Source of the DNA: a virus
Lineage: Duplodnaviria; Caudoviricetes
Strand: one strand, 5' to 3'
IMG/VR virus record: IMGVR_UViG_3300037400_005963
Coordinates: 92,521-156,520 of that record
Length of the DNA stretch: 64,000 nt
Part shown: piece after piece, positions 9,810 to 19,807 of the stretch
How positions within the stretch are numbered: position 1 is the first letter of the stretch
How the letters are laid out: every line of letters starts with the position of its first letter
The notes under the pieces: model-generated
Database searches by the model: none
What the model saw: only the letters and a program-made list of their open reading frames with translations
What the model was told of the DNA's origin: nothing
Program-made: the position numbers and the translations under genes

Positions 9810-10259
9810 ATGAAAGCATTTTATCGATACCTAGAACAATTAGGTAGAATTAAGTTATTAATTGAATTATTTAAGTTAAAAAGTGTAACCTGTGAGTTGG
9901 ATATATACAATACCAACAAAACAGCAGCTCTTAGGTTGAAGTGGCATGCACCTTGGCCGGATAAACTGAGAAGGCAGTCTGAATTGGCGGCCATTGAAGA
10001 TATTCTAAGTTCAAAGGATGCAGAAGAATTCGATGACACCTTAACGGAACACGAGCTCTTATTCCTAAATGCATGGAAACATGAGACTGTTTGGGTTAAT
10101 TATAAGATGAGATTTGAAAAACCTGAGGATTACACAGTTTATCTGAAGGATCTATCTCAGGAGGAATGGATTGCACTTAGAGACTCAATAAAGGAGTACT
10201 TAGTTAAGGAGGATGACGAAGTTCTTAAACATTATATTTCCTTAACATCTACAAAATAA
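9810..10259 (+). CDS. Hypothetical protein
   Basis: 149 aa; promoter motif at 9757, terminator at 10261. Confidence 0.65.
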   Translation: MKAFYRYLEQLGRIKLLIELFKLKSVTCELDIYNTNKTAALRLKWHAPWPDKLRRQSELAAIEDILSSKDAEEFDDTLTEHELLFLNAWKHETVWVNYKMRFEKPEDYTVYLKDLSQEEWIALRDSIKEYLVKEDDEVLKHYISLTSTK

Positions 10260-10260
10260 A

Positions 10261-10289
10261 AAAGAGACCGATTAAAGGTCTCTTTTTTT
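10261..10289 (+). terminator. Rho-independent terminator
   Basis: AAAGAGACC-GATTAAA-GGTCTCTTT followed by Ts. Confidence 0.7.
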
Positions 10290-10353
10290 CCTTCCTTCTT
10301 TAACGTCGGAGGAATAAAAATAAAATAGGGGACCATATTGATCCCCTGTTTTT

Positions 10354-10710
10354 TTAATCGATCAAGATTTCAATTTCCTTTCCATCTGATCCCTTAGGCA
10401 ACTCTACTTCGAGTATACCGTTTTCTAATTTGGCTTTAATGTCTTTTCTTTTTATTCCCCTGGGAAGGCGGTATTTATTATTGATTCCCGCATTAAACTT
10501 TCCTTCGGTTTCCTTCTTTCCTTTGATGATGAGGAAATCACCTTCTACTCTAGTATCAAGTTCGTCTTTCTTATATCCCCAAGCCGATACACGGAGAAGA
10601 TATTTATCGTTGTCTTCCTCTACTCTGTAACTTGATGCCGGAAGACCAAACATCTGATCAAACATATCATTAAAAGTACCCATAATATTATTAAATTTTA
10701 TAAGATTCAT
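10354..10710 (-). CDS. Small heat shock protein (Hsp20/alpha-crystallin)
   Basis: GYKKDELD, LIIKG, YRLP, IKAKLENGILEVELPK. Confidence 0.9.
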   Translation of the reverse strand: MNLIKFNNIMGTFNDMFDQMFGLPASSYRVEEDNDKYLLRVSAWGYKKDELDTRVEGDFLIIKGKKETEGKFNAGINNKYRLPRGIKRKDIKAKLENGILEVELPKGSDGKEIEILID

Positions 10711-10851
10711 TTTTCTATTATATAGGTTTACAATAATTATGCCAATCCCGAGAAATTCTTATATATGACAAAATTTCAGATATAAAATGTCAAAGTGGCA
10801 GAGAAATTTTAAAATAACTGACATAATGACTGATAACAAATTAATAAAAAC

Positions 10852-11949
10852 ATGTTAAACTTTTTTGAACTACAAGACATCGTACTTCTTCCTTCAGTGG
10901 TAAATCAAGGTCACCCCGGAGGAAAAGTAAATTTTGAGGTAAAAGACTTAGGAGATTTGACAGGAATACCTAATTCATTGCCCATCTTCGCAAGTCCAAT
11001 GGAGGCCATTATTAATAGTGGAAATGTTAAAACTTTCATAAATAATGGAATAAAACCTGTTCTCCCCGGCACTGAATCATTAGATATACGACTTCAATAT
11101 TGTTCTTGGATATACTGTGCATTTTCCTTGAATGAAGTTGAAGATTGTTTTTTGAAGAATAAGAGAAGGGGTGATAGACAATTTCATATTTGTATAGATG
11201 CAGGTAACGGACATGATGTTGGAGTATTAAATATGGGTCTTGAGCTACGAAAAATGTATGCCGATCAAGTATGCTTAATGGGAGGAAATGTTGGAATTCC
11301 CGAAGTATATAAGGACTACTCAAATGCTGGATTTGATTACATGAGAGTAGGAATATCAAGTAGTTCTGTAGTTGATAAAGAAAAGTACGGGTTTCACTAT
11401 CCTATGGCATCTCTTTTGGATGATATTAAAACTTATCGTTTTTCAGGTGCCGGCAAAGGACTAAGACCTGTGAAAGTAATAGCAGATGGAGGAATAAATT
11501 CATTCTCTTCTATCGTAAAAGCAATTGCATGTGGAGCAGATTATGTAATGCTAGGAAGAGAGTTTGCTAGAACCATTGAAGCCGCCGGTGGAATATTTAA
11601 AAAACAGAAAACGAAAGACGGCGGGAAAGAATTTGTTCAAATCAACCCCGGTTCCATACAAGGATGGGAGGGTGGTAGAGCAAAAGCCGAAGGTCTTCAG
11701 AGGTGGTACTATGGAAATACTACAAATGAGATACGAACAAAAAGAAAAACGCAGGAAGATCAAGAGGCCTATGAAAATGGTTTTGCTGGATATGTAGTAA
11801 ATGATTCAACTAGGGATTGGATTTACATAGATTATTCCTTAGATGAATGGGTTGACGATTTTAAAGAATGTGCTTACTATGCATTTATGATGACTAACTC
11901 TTTAACCTGGGAAGAGTTTAAGAAAAATGCAAAATACGGAACTCACTGA
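10852..11949 (+). CDS. IMP dehydrogenase/GMP reductase family protein, catalytic Cys apparently absent
   Basis: DIVLLP, IFASPME, ICIDAGNGH, MGGNVG, RVGISSSSVVD, VIADGGI, KAIACGADYVMLG. Confidence 0.85.
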   Translation: MLNFFELQDIVLLPSVVNQGHPGGKVNFEVKDLGDLTGIPNSLPIFASPMEAIINSGNVKTFINNGIKPVLPGTESLDIRLQYCSWIYCAFSLNEVEDCFLKNKRRGDRQFHICIDAGNGHDVGVLNMGLELRKMYADQVCLMGGNVGIPEVYKDYSNAGFDYMRVGISSSSVVDKEKYGFHYPMASLLDDIKTYRFSGAGKGLRPVKVIADGGINSFSSIVKAIACGADYVMLGREFARTIEAAGGIFKKQKTKDGGKEFVQINPGSIQGWEGGRAKAEGLQRWYYGNTTNEIRTKRKTQEDQEAYENGFAGYVVNDSTRDWIYIDYSLDEWVDDFKECAYYAFMMTNSLTWEEFKKNAKYGTH

Positions 11950-12202
11950 TATCGCGTCAAACCCTTATATGTGTATGAAAAAGAAAACAAAAAAATTGAA
12001 TTGGAAAAACGTTTTAATAGGAGCACTAGGTATAACAACTGGAGTTCTCCTAATAAAAAACAGAAATTTAGAGAAAACAGTTAGTGGACTCACTGCCGTA
12101 AACGAGAATAACAAGGATCTTATCAGGGGCCAAGAAAGGGCTATCCGGGGATTAAGTTATGGGCTCGGAAAAGAAGTGGGTTCAAAATATTATAAACATT
12201 AA
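11927..12202 (+). CDS. Small membrane-anchored coiled-coil protein
   Basis: LIGALGITTGVLLI helix; the start is probably the internal MKKK. Confidence 0.6.
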   Translation: MQNTELTDIASNPYMCMKKKTKKLNWKNVLIGALGITTGVLLIKNRNLEKTVSGLTAVNENNKDLIRGQERAIRGLSYGLGKEVGSKYYKH

Positions 12203-12213
12203 AAATAAAAATC

Positions 12214-13170
12214 ATGGAGGAGAACAAAAACAACATGAAAAACGAGGGAAAGAAAAATTCTAAACCTCGTAAGCCCAATAATGATCTTGGAATCATGAGG
12301 GTATTGTGGGCCATATTTAATATGATGGCTCGAAAAAGAGATCGGTTTCACCTGTTGAAACCAGAGGAGTTGGATACAATTTCTAACTCACTAGATCTTT
12401 GTGAATGTCAACGACTTCGTAAATCAATTGTTGAAGATCACTATTTTAAGAAACTGAAAAAATTGGACATACCTGTTCCAAAACTAATTCTTGAACCCAT
12501 TCAGGGGTCTCGAAGAACCAAATTGGGCATTGAGGATGATCCAGTAAAAATTTTGAAGGAGATACATAAATATGTTTCGGTTAAATATCCTAATGAAAAT
12601 TGGGTACTCCCCGAAGACATCGTTATCTTCGACAAAAAAGAAGAAGAAAAGGTAGAGGAAAATAAGCCAACTGTAAAGGAGGCCAATATTACTGCCAAAC
12701 GACCTTTCGGTCGAAAACAATTTGCGATAGCCGCACTTCTTAGTGAATTGGGACCAAAGTCGCAAAAAGAAATCGGTGAGTTTTTATTCTATAGTGTTAA
12801 CTTTTGTTTTAATAGGTTATCACCAGAAGACTTAAATTACCGAGAGTTCAAGGTTCTTTCCGATGGAAGGATTAAATTTGTGGGAGAGTTAGAGAATCTT
12901 CCCTACAATCCTAAAAACATCATTGAAGAACCGTGGTGGATTTCAGATCCAGCTAAAATAAAAGTATTTGAGAAATATTTCCGTGTTCAACGTGAGAGGG
13001 TTGAAAATATTATTATCATCCATCGTGATGATAGTATTAGAACTCGACGAATTCTTGCAAAAATAATTGATTCTTCCGATTATCCAATCGGAAAGCCAAA
13101 TCTGGCTAATGAATTGAAGGCTGGACTAGTCGACTGTATCTTAATTGATGCAGAAGAGCTTCTAAAATAA
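12214..13170 (+). CDS. Hypothetical protein
   Basis: 318 aa ORF followed by a terminator. Confidence 0.7.
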   Translation: MEENKNNMKNEGKKNSKPRKPNNDLGIMRVLWAIFNMMARKRDRFHLLKPEELDTISNSLDLCECQRLRKSIVEDHYFKKLKKLDIPVPKLILEPIQGSRRTKLGIEDDPVKILKEIHKYVSVKYPNENWVLPEDIVIFDKKEEEKVEENKPTVKEANITAKRPFGRKQFAIAALLSELGPKSQKEIGEFLFYSVNFCFNRLSPEDLNYREFKVLSDGRIKFVGELENLPYNPKNIIEEPWWISDPAKIKVFEKYFRVQRERVENIIIIHRDDSIRTRRILAKIIDSSDYPIGKPNLANELKAGLVDCILIDAEELLK

Positions 13171-13303
13171 TAGGATTTTCAAATACTAGAAAGAAAGGGG
13201 ACAATTCCCTTTTCTTTTTGGCCCGGAATTTAAAACGCCTTTATTTCCTTATATATGTGATAGTTAAAAAAAATATTAACAAACAAATTTTTAAACAAAC
13301 ACT

Positions 13304-13501
13304 ATGGAGAATCCAGAAGTTAAGCAACAGAGTTGTTGCAAGAAAAAATCATGGCGTAGTAATGCCATAGAAAAAGTTGTTATTTTTGGGTTTGGCTGTC
13401 TCACTACATACTGCTGCCTTAACCCAAACAAAGTAAAAAATCAACTTGACAAAGTGAAGGGCTACTTCCAAAAGGGCCAGAAAGGAGGAGAGAACGCATG
13501 A
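13304..13501 (+). CDS. Small membrane protein
   Basis: VVIFGFGCLTTYCCL helix; promoter motif at 13246. Confidence 0.6.
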   Translation: MENPEVKQQSCCKKKSWRSNAIEKVVIFGFGCLTTYCCLNPNKVKNQLDKVKGYFQKGQKGGENA

Positions 13502-13704
13502 AGAATAGAGACGCAGCAAGGTGGATCGTAACGGGTTGCGCCGTTCTTGCCACAGGAAAATATCTTGGAATCGGCGAGAAGATTTGCAGAACCTCAAAAG
13601 GTGCTTTTGATAAATTAAAGGGTTACTTTAAAAAAGCAGAAGATACCGCAGAAGAGGTTATTGAAGAGGTCAAGGAAGAAATAACAACTTCTGATAAGGA
13701 TTGA
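13498..13704 (+). CDS. Small membrane-associated protein with acidic tail
   Basis: WIVTGCAVLATG; shares LKGYF/VKGYF motif with the upstream ORF. Confidence 0.6.
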   Translation: MKNRDAARWIVTGCAVLATGKYLGIGEKICRTSKGAFDKLKGYFKKAEDTAEEVIEEVKEEITTSDKD

Positions 13705-13791
13705 TCAACAATCCCCAGTTCTCCCCACGTTGAGAGGAACTTTACATTAGTTCCTCTTTTTTTTATTTTCCCGATATTTCCTTATACTTGT

Positions 13792-13953
13792 ATGACGCGA
13801 CAAAAAATTAAGAAATTATTTACTGCATCAGCAGTGAGTTTAAGTAAATTGTCATGGGACCTATCTAAGGTCTTATTAGTAACCGGATCAGCAGCAATTT
13901 TTATAGCAATGATAGCTGATTCTATAAAAATAAAAGAAGATGGAGAACTCTAA
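13792..13953 (+). CDS. Small membrane protein (53 aa), probably leaderless
   Basis: MTRQKIKKLF...VLLVTGSAAIFIAMIA; ATG abuts promoter motif TCCTTATACTTGT. Confidence 0.55.
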   Translation: MTRQKIKKLFTASAVSLSKLSWDLSKVLLVTGSAAIFIAMIADSIKIKEDGEL

Positions 13954-14098
13954 TGTTTTTAGAAAGGTTATGGGTTCAGGACTAGGCTCTGCAATTAATG
14001 CGGTAGCTATACTCGGGTTAGTAACTCATCTAGTGAGTTATATATATGACCTAACTAATTTAAAGAAATCACCTTCTCCTCCTAGGAGGGAAGACTAA
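13940..14098 (+). CDS. Small membrane protein (52 aa)
   Basis: MENSNVFRKVMGSGLGSAINAVAILGLVTHLVSY..., read by hand. Confidence 0.5.
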   Translation: MENSNVFRKVMGSGLGSAINAVAILGLVTHLVSYIYDLTNLKKSPSPPRRED

Positions 14099-14132
14099 TT
14101 AACATAATTATTAATTCTTTAAATACGGGAGA

Positions 14133-15197
14133 ATGAAACAGAGTGTTTTAATTTGGACCGGAGCAGCGATAACCGCGACAGGTCTAATTGGCATCGGTTA
14201 CAAACTTCTTAAAAAAGACAAGAAAAAGAAGTTTTTTACCGAAAAAACTGACACAAATGAGGGCGGACAAGATCAGCCCGGAGTAAAAACAACCAAAAAG
14301 AAAATTGCACGACCTGAATTCGAAAAGAAAGAATTGGTTGATAAGCGCAATTTTATTAACAAATTGTTTGATGAGTTGATTGAGAATGGATCAATGGATC
14401 CAGAAGATCTTAATCAACCGAATGAAAGAGTTCCATCTATTATATTCCGTCAGGTTTATGATTGGGAACAGAAACGTGATAAGCTCGATATTTTGTTTGA
14501 AATTCCAAAGGGAAGTTATCTTAAAGGTATTCGAGTATTTGTAGAAGAGTCTGGCGAAGAGAAGGAATATCCACTGCCCGGAAAAAACATGAATGCGGGA
14601 CAGTTCATAAAATTCCTATCGAGAGAGTATCTGACCAATCTGGTTAAAGATACGTTGCCACTCTATAAGGATAAAGTATTTGTTAGGCTTGATGGTTATT
14701 ACTACGTATCCTACACAAAGGTAGATCCAGAGAACGGAGAAGAAGATTATGGATATAAAATAATTCCGGTTAATATGAGGAGATTAAAAGGATCCTCAGA
14801 TACAGACTCACGTTCACTAAGTAACCATCTATTTAAGGTATTTGATGCCATTGTCAATGAAAAACGGGAATTCATCGAAGATCAGTTTCTAGTAAGTAAG
14901 AAAAATGATCAATTTCGTGATAAGGATATTGATGATGTACTATTTGCAGTTCGTTTATCACTGTTCATAGCAGATGACGAACATCCGTTTGGAATAACTC
15001 CAACTGGAGCAAGTAATCTAATTGATGAACTTCTCCAAATAGTTATACCAGGACGAAATACCTTTAGCTATGAAAATATGATCTTCTTTGATCCAGATTA
15101 TGAGGAAAAAGAAGAGTTAATGATCTATGCACGTAAAGAACAAGGTAACCTGTCAAAATTGGTACCTTACCCTTACAATGTAGACGATGAAGATTAA
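14133..15197 (+). CDS. Membrane-anchored hypothetical protein
   Basis: N-terminal TM helix followed by poly-Lys; 354 aa. Confidence 0.7.
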   Translation: MKQSVLIWTGAAITATGLIGIGYKLLKKDKKKKFFTEKTDTNEGGQDQPGVKTTKKKIARPEFEKKELVDKRNFINKLFDELIENGSMDPEDLNQPNERVPSIIFRQVYDWEQKRDKLDILFEIPKGSYLKGIRVFVEESGEEKEYPLPGKNMNAGQFIKFLSREYLTNLVKDTLPLYKDKVFVRLDGYYYVSYTKVDPENGEEDYGYKIIPVNMRRLKGSSDTDSRSLSNHLFKVFDAIVNEKREFIEDQFLVSKKNDQFRDKDIDDVLFAVRLSLFIADDEHPFGITPTGASNLIDELLQIVIPGRNTFSYENMIFFDPDYEEKEELMIYARKEQGNLSKLVPYPYNVDDED

Positions 15198-15206
15198 AAG
15201 TTTATA

Positions 15207-15244
15207 AAAAAGAGAGAATAGCTTTAGACTATTCTCTTTTTTTT
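15207..15244. terminator. Bidirectional terminator between convergent genes
   Basis: A-run, AGAGAATAG-loop-CTATTCTCT, T-run. Confidence 0.7.
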
Positions 15245-15441
15245 CAACACTTTATTCGAAGAACTTTTTTGCCCAGTTTCCCTTTATATACTATGATATC
15301 GAATTGTTCCATATCTTTCATTAAGAAGCCAACAGAACTTAATTTTATATCGTCTAGAGTGATTTCTTTTTCTGGTTTATTTTTTCTACATTCCAGATCA
15401 TCATCATTCACAATTAAAGCTTTTAAACTTCTTCTTTCCAT
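15244..15441 (-). CDS. Hypothetical protein
   Basis: 65 aa. Confidence 0.6.
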   Translation of the reverse strand: MERRSLKALIVNDDDLECRKNKPEKEITLDDIKLSSVGFLMKDMEQFDIIVYKGKLGKKVLRIKC

Positions 15442-15452
15442 CTCAATATAGT

Positions 15453-16085
15453 TTATAATTCTATTGTTTTCCCCGAATCTAGATCAATTCCCCTAGCACC
15501 GGGTCTCTCAAGCAAACTTTTTTCGATATGAGGGCGAAGAAATGTAAAAGAGTCTTGCGGATATTTCCCAATCATTCCTTGAATCATGAAACTCTTCATC
15601 TGATAGGAGAGATAATAAAGGGGATCGTTTTTTACTCGATGTCTAATATTATCCCAAAGTTTTCCTATAATTTTCCCAAGAGTTTTTGTTTCCGGTAGAT
15701 ATTTGAAGTTCTTTGCTTCTTCCTCTATTATCATTAAAATTTTTCTAATGATAGTTATTACTGTATCTGCCCCACTAAGTCTTCTTCTCGTCAATCTTTT
15801 ATATTCACTGATTATTAGTGGTTTGTATAAGTATAGAATTTTACAAAGTACTTCAGTCTCTTTTATGGTTCTTCCTGTATATACTTTTTTAAACGTTGAA
15901 TCTATGTTTGCTAAATATGTTTTAACTATTCCCTTATATCTATCTTCTTCTTTCATGAGACGTTCTAACTCCACTACTAAAAAATCAACTATATTCAATA
16001 AACCTAATGCATAAAGATCGATTGATATAGTTATGTTTGGATCGACACGTCTCATGAGTTCTTCTACTTTTACTGTCGTCTTCAT
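15453..16085 (-). CDS. Hypothetical protein
   Basis: 210 aa; - strand promoter motif near 16120. Confidence 0.7.
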   Translation of the reverse strand: MKTTVKVEELMRRVDPNITISIDLYALGLLNIVDFLVVELERLMKEEDRYKGIVKTYLANIDSTFKKVYTGRTIKETEVLCKILYLYKPLIISEYKRLTRRRLSGADTVITIIRKILMIIEEEAKNFKYLPETKTLGKIIGKLWDNIRHRVKNDPLYYLSYQMKSFMIQGMIGKYPQDSFTFLRPHIEKSLLERPGARGIDLDSGKTIEL

Positions 16086-16163
16086 AACTATATTATTTTT
16101 TATAAATTATACTTCTCTTATAAGAGCTTTAGAAGCTAATTCCCCCTATTTCCTTATTTATGT

Positions 16164-16670
16164 ATGTTAGATAATAATTCAATGATAGAATTGGCCCTTT
16201 GTTGGGTAAAGAAAACTAAACTGTATAAGGAACTACTAGAAATAAATACTAAGATTCACGATATTATTGTGGAGCTTGGTACGAAAGATCTACCTAAAGA
16301 TTTCAATAGTGATCTCGAACTCTATACTCAACGAAGCATCGATCCCTATTATACCAGGGCACATACTTGTTGGGATTTACGAAATAAATTAGATGGATTT
16401 AGTATTGATTTTACGGACATTGATTATCCTATTCCAGTTGTAGTTACGCAAGGAGACAGAAATTGGTGTCATAATGAGAAATATTACTATAGAGTTGGAA
16501 AAAGAAAGTTAGCACCGCTATTGAGGAGATATGAAGATATTATGATAGATATTGAGAAAAATTATAATATATTTCGAGAAGCTTTAGAATTGTATTCTGG
16601 GGAATTAACCTATTCAGATGTAAAACAAGCATTGAACCTAAAAAAATTAGATGAAGATGATACTGACTAA
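16164..16670 (+). CDS. Hypothetical protein, probably leaderless
   Basis: ATG directly follows TCCTTATTTATGT. Confidence 0.65.
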   Translation: MLDNNSMIELALCWVKKTKLYKELLEINTKIHDIIVELGTKDLPKDFNSDLELYTQRSIDPYYTRAHTCWDLRNKLDGFSIDFTDIDYPIPVVVTQGDRNWCHNEKYYYRVGKRKLAPLLRRYEDIMIDIEKNYNIFREALELYSGELTYSDVKQALNLKKLDEDDTD

Positions 16671-17406
16671 TTGTGATAGATCACTTCTTGCAAGAAAATT
16701 TCTTGAGCAGGTTGAATTTGGTAAAAAGTGTTCCGAGTTAAGTAATCTTAGGAATAGTATAAAAAATTTAGCAGAGAAGCTTTTAATACGAAATCTTTAC
16801 TCTGAAGATGAGGTTAAATATATAGAAAATAATTCTCAGTTTATTTCAAGCTTTGATGTTACCATTGATTTAGTAACGCTTCGTATATCAAAGAACGAAA
16901 TTAGCTTTCCCAGTCCAGAATTTACCGGCGGAAAAGATCCGTATTTGCCTTATTCCGATAAACGATTTTCTGAATCTATTAGGGTTGGGATTCCTAAATT
17001 AGAGCGACTGGAGGAATCAATAAGAAAAGGAAATAAAAGCGCTTTTGATTTCCCAATGACGCGGGAAGATAAATTTATTTTCAGAGAAATTCAGAACTTA
17101 TTTATAAAGTTTCTTAACATTGCTTGGGAGATTAGAGACATAAGAAGTAGTTATTTTCAAGGTTGGACAGGCTATCAATATAATTTTAGTGAATCGTTTA
17201 GCTATACTGAAGGAAGTTTATACTCAGATTCATTTCTTAAACCGAATGGAGTAAATACAACAGATCAATTAAAAAATAGATTCCCCGAACTCTATGTTGA
17301 ACTTATAAAAAGTAAATCCGAGGAACAAGAACTTCCTAATCCTGGCGAGAATAAGGAAAAAATATTAAATCGACTCAAGAAACTAACAATGTTCCTAGAT
17401 AGATAA
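16651..17406 (+). CDS. Hypothetical protein
   Basis: 251 aa. Confidence 0.65.
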   Translation: MKMILTNCDRSLLARKFLEQVEFGKKCSELSNLRNSIKNLAEKLLIRNLYSEDEVKYIENNSQFISSFDVTIDLVTLRISKNEISFPSPEFTGGKDPYLPYSDKRFSESIRVGIPKLERLEESIRKGNKSAFDFPMTREDKFIFREIQNLFIKFLNIAWEIRDIRSSYFQGWTGYQYNFSESFSYTEGSLYSDSFLKPNGVNTTDQLKNRFPELYVELIKSKSEEQELPNPGENKEKILNRLKKLTMFLDR

Positions 17407-17453
17407 AATAAAAGTAGAGAGATATTTAAATTATATCTCCCTACTCTATTTTT

Positions 17454-18107
17454 TTATAATCTGTAACCACAAGTACACTGACTTCCCTTAGATATTCCAT
17501 AATTTTGTGTAGTGCCTAATTGATAGTCATTAATATCATATTCCTCGTCTTGTGGATAAATGCCACTACTCCAGGCTTCCCAATCCTTATAGGTTTCTCC
17601 AGTTGAACCACAGCAACAAGCGCAGCCCTGTGATACCGGTTCTACCAGTAAGCCTGCATACATAAGTTTAAGTCTAGTAACTAAGCAGCTCATTACATTT
17701 GTCCAAGAGAATATAAATCTATCCCTTGAATATATTATGTAATCGCCCTCTTCCTCATTAGACTCTTCTTCCTCTGTATCATCCTGGTCGTCTAAAGTTT
17801 CCTCTTCTGTAGGAATTTCTTCATCATATACTCCTACTTCTGTGGCTAGTGTGTCGGCTTGAAGTGCAACAATAAGATCTGCTCCGTAATCAAATAGTTC
17901 AAAGATGGTATTCAGCTTTTCAAGAATATCTGCATCATCGCCAAGTAGAACTAATTTTTTATCAACGAATTCTAATATTTTTGTTATATAAGGAGCTAGT
18001 TCAGGTCTTACGTGATAATCTACTGCACCTAAGCCAAGTCGTTTCATTAAATCAGATAGAGCTACTTTATACTGTAGATATCCTTCATCTGCATTCCATT
18101 TTATCAT
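17454..18107 (-). CDS. Acidic hypothetical protein with Cys clusters (possible virion-associated)
   Basis: Poly-acidic stretch, GCACCCG, CTCG. Confidence 0.6.
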   Translation of the reverse strand: MIKWNADEGYLQYKVALSDLMKRLGLGAVDYHVRPELAPYITKILEFVDKKLVLLGDDADILEKLNTIFELFDYGADLIVALQADTLATEVGVYDEEIPTEEETLDDQDDTEEEESNEEEGDYIIYSRDRFIFSWTNVMSCLVTRLKLMYAGLLVEPVSQGCACCCGSTGETYKDWEAWSSGIYPQDEEYDINDYQLGTTQNYGISKGSQCTCGYRL

Positions 18108-18110
18108 AAT

Positions 18111-18473
18111 TTACCACTCTCCTCCGTCTATTATTGTAGCTTGATCTCCTGCTTTCCATTTCCAGGTTTTATTCCAGTCATTTGGATCAGTGGAAGTAAA
18201 TATATACTCTTCCCAACCATTTTCTCCTAAGAATCTAAGTTTAACGCCCGGATACCTTCTTTCTCCCGGTACTTTAGGTAAAACAGATTCTAATGTATAT
18301 CTCTTAGTAAAATTATTTTCTTCAACGTTTGGATTAATATACTCTCGAAGAAAATCGTTAACTACTCTAGAGTTTGAATTTACCGCAGTATTTATATTAT
18401 TCATATCCTGACTGCTAAGATTTTGACCTGGTGAGAAAGAATTTATTCCCGTGCCATTTGTTATGTGTCTCAT
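18111..18473 (-). CDS. Hypothetical protein, possible virion/tail component
   Basis: C-terminal IIDGGEW; VPGERRYPGVKLRF. Confidence 0.55.
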   Translation of the reverse strand: MRHITNGTGINSFSPGQNLSSQDMNNINTAVNSNSRVVNDFLREYINPNVEENNFTKRYTLESVLPKVPGERRYPGVKLRFLGENGWEEYIFTSTDPNDWNKTWKWKAGDQATIIDGGEW

Positions 18474-18476
18474 ATA

Positions 18477-18644
18477 TTAAATTAGTACAATAGAATCTAA
18501 TCGACAATTATCTAATTTACCTCGTTCTGCGGAATACTTTGGCATCTTAGATTTGAACCATTCTAGTGAAATTTCACGTCTAGGTCCTTTTGCCTGACGA
18601 GCGAGGGTGGTCATATTTTCAATTTTCCTTACAACCCTAGCCAT
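18477..18644 (-). CDS. Small basic hypothetical protein (55 aa)
   Basis: MARVVRKIENMTTLARQAKGPRRE..., read by hand; fills an operon gap. Confidence 0.55.
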   Translation of the reverse strand: MARVVRKIENMTTLARQAKGPRREISLEWFKSKMPKYSAERGKLDNCRLDSIVLI

Positions 18645-18921
18645 CGCTTTCTCTAACTTTTAATATATATAAATCGGCTAAGATAAATGAATCTTTTGGA
18701 CAATCATCTAGATAAACTACTGCGAAACATTTTCCATCAACAGATATACGAAACTTGACATCAACTACAGTATATACTCGATTCGATATTCCTTTCCAGT
18801 TAGTTCTTCCAGTTATCCTTCTTATTTTAACTTTAGCGCCAATCAATTGATGATAATCTATTACACCACTCGTTTCATCCCAATCAATTAAGCGCTCATC
18901 ATCTTTACAAAAACCCTTCAT
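18637..18921 (-). CDS. Hypothetical protein
   Basis: 94 aa, coupled to neighbours. Confidence 0.6.
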   Translation of the reverse strand: MKGFCKDDERLIDWDETSGVIDYHQLIGAKVKIRRITGRTNWKGISNRVYTVVDVKFRISVDGKCFAVVYLDDCPKDSFILADLYILKVRESDG

Positions 18922-19379
18922 TCTCCTTTTGCTAATTTATCTACGTAATTATTCCATTTTGCTTTTGGATCCATTATACTTTTAGGTTGATGTCCCTTTA
19001 CCCAACGAAAGTCTATAATTCCTTTTAATTTTTTTGATTCTATTTCTTTATTAATTAAAGAATAAAGGATTTTTATATAAGGTTTATTGATCTTCCATTC
19101 ATTTTTTAACCATTTCCCCACGCCCTCATAGTCAGTATATACTATAACTTCCTTAGCGTTCTTAGGAATATTAAATTTTCTAAGGGCCTGTAAAACTCCC
19201 ATCATTTCAGTCGTCGGGTTACTAACATCTGAGGTCTTAATAATTTCTTTTAGGTATTTAGGAGTTAATTCTAGGGAGAATTCATCTACTAGATTTCCAG
19301 AAATTAACATAACCCCACCACAGCCTAAACGACCAGTGGTTTTAAAATGCGATCCATCAGTAAAAATCTCTACATTCAT
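18918..19379 (-). CDS. rnhA: Ribonuclease HI
   Basis: IFTDGS, NPTTEMMG, VYTDYEG, WVKGH, NNYVDKLAK. Confidence 0.92.
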   Translation of the reverse strand: MNVEIFTDGSHFKTTGRLGCGGVMLISGNLVDEFSLELTPKYLKEIIKTSDVSNPTTEMMGVLQALRKFNIPKNAKEVIVYTDYEGVGKWLKNEWKINKPYIKILYSLINKEIESKKLKGIIDFRWVKGHQPKSIMDPKAKWNNYVDKLAKGE

Positions 19380-19807
19380 ATTTCTATTTGTCTATTTACA
19401 TCTGAATATTCGAACGGTGGAAGTTCTGGGAAAATTTTTCTTAATTCTTTTGTCCCAATCTCACAGATATCTCCAAGAGTATTCAGTGCGTCTGCCTTTT
19501 CAATAAAATTTTGACAAAACCTAGTCATTAGATATATTATCTTACTAGGATCATCCTGAATATTTTTTTGTTTTTCATGGAGAACTCTATTCCCGTGATT
19601 TTCTGAAAATTTTTGAAATAGATCAATCCATTTCCAAGGAATTAGAAGTGATGTTCCTGAGTATAGATAATACACAAGATATCCAGAACTATTCATCCTT
19701 CCAACGGTTAATTCTCCTATTTGCCTATCAATATCTTTCTCCGGGCCGTTTTTTGTTTCCTGATAACCCAGTTGAATAAATTCCTGTAATAATTGTATTA
19801 AATTCAT
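19376..19807 (-). CDS. Hypothetical protein
   Basis: 143 aa, coupled. Confidence 0.65.
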   Translation of the reverse strand: MNLIQLLQEFIQLGYQETKNGPEKDIDRQIGELTVGRMNSSGYLVYYLYSGTSLLIPWKWIDLFQKFSENHGNRVLHEKQKNIQDDPSKIIYLMTRFCQNFIEKADALNTLGDICEIGTKELRKIFPELPPFEYSDVNRQIEI

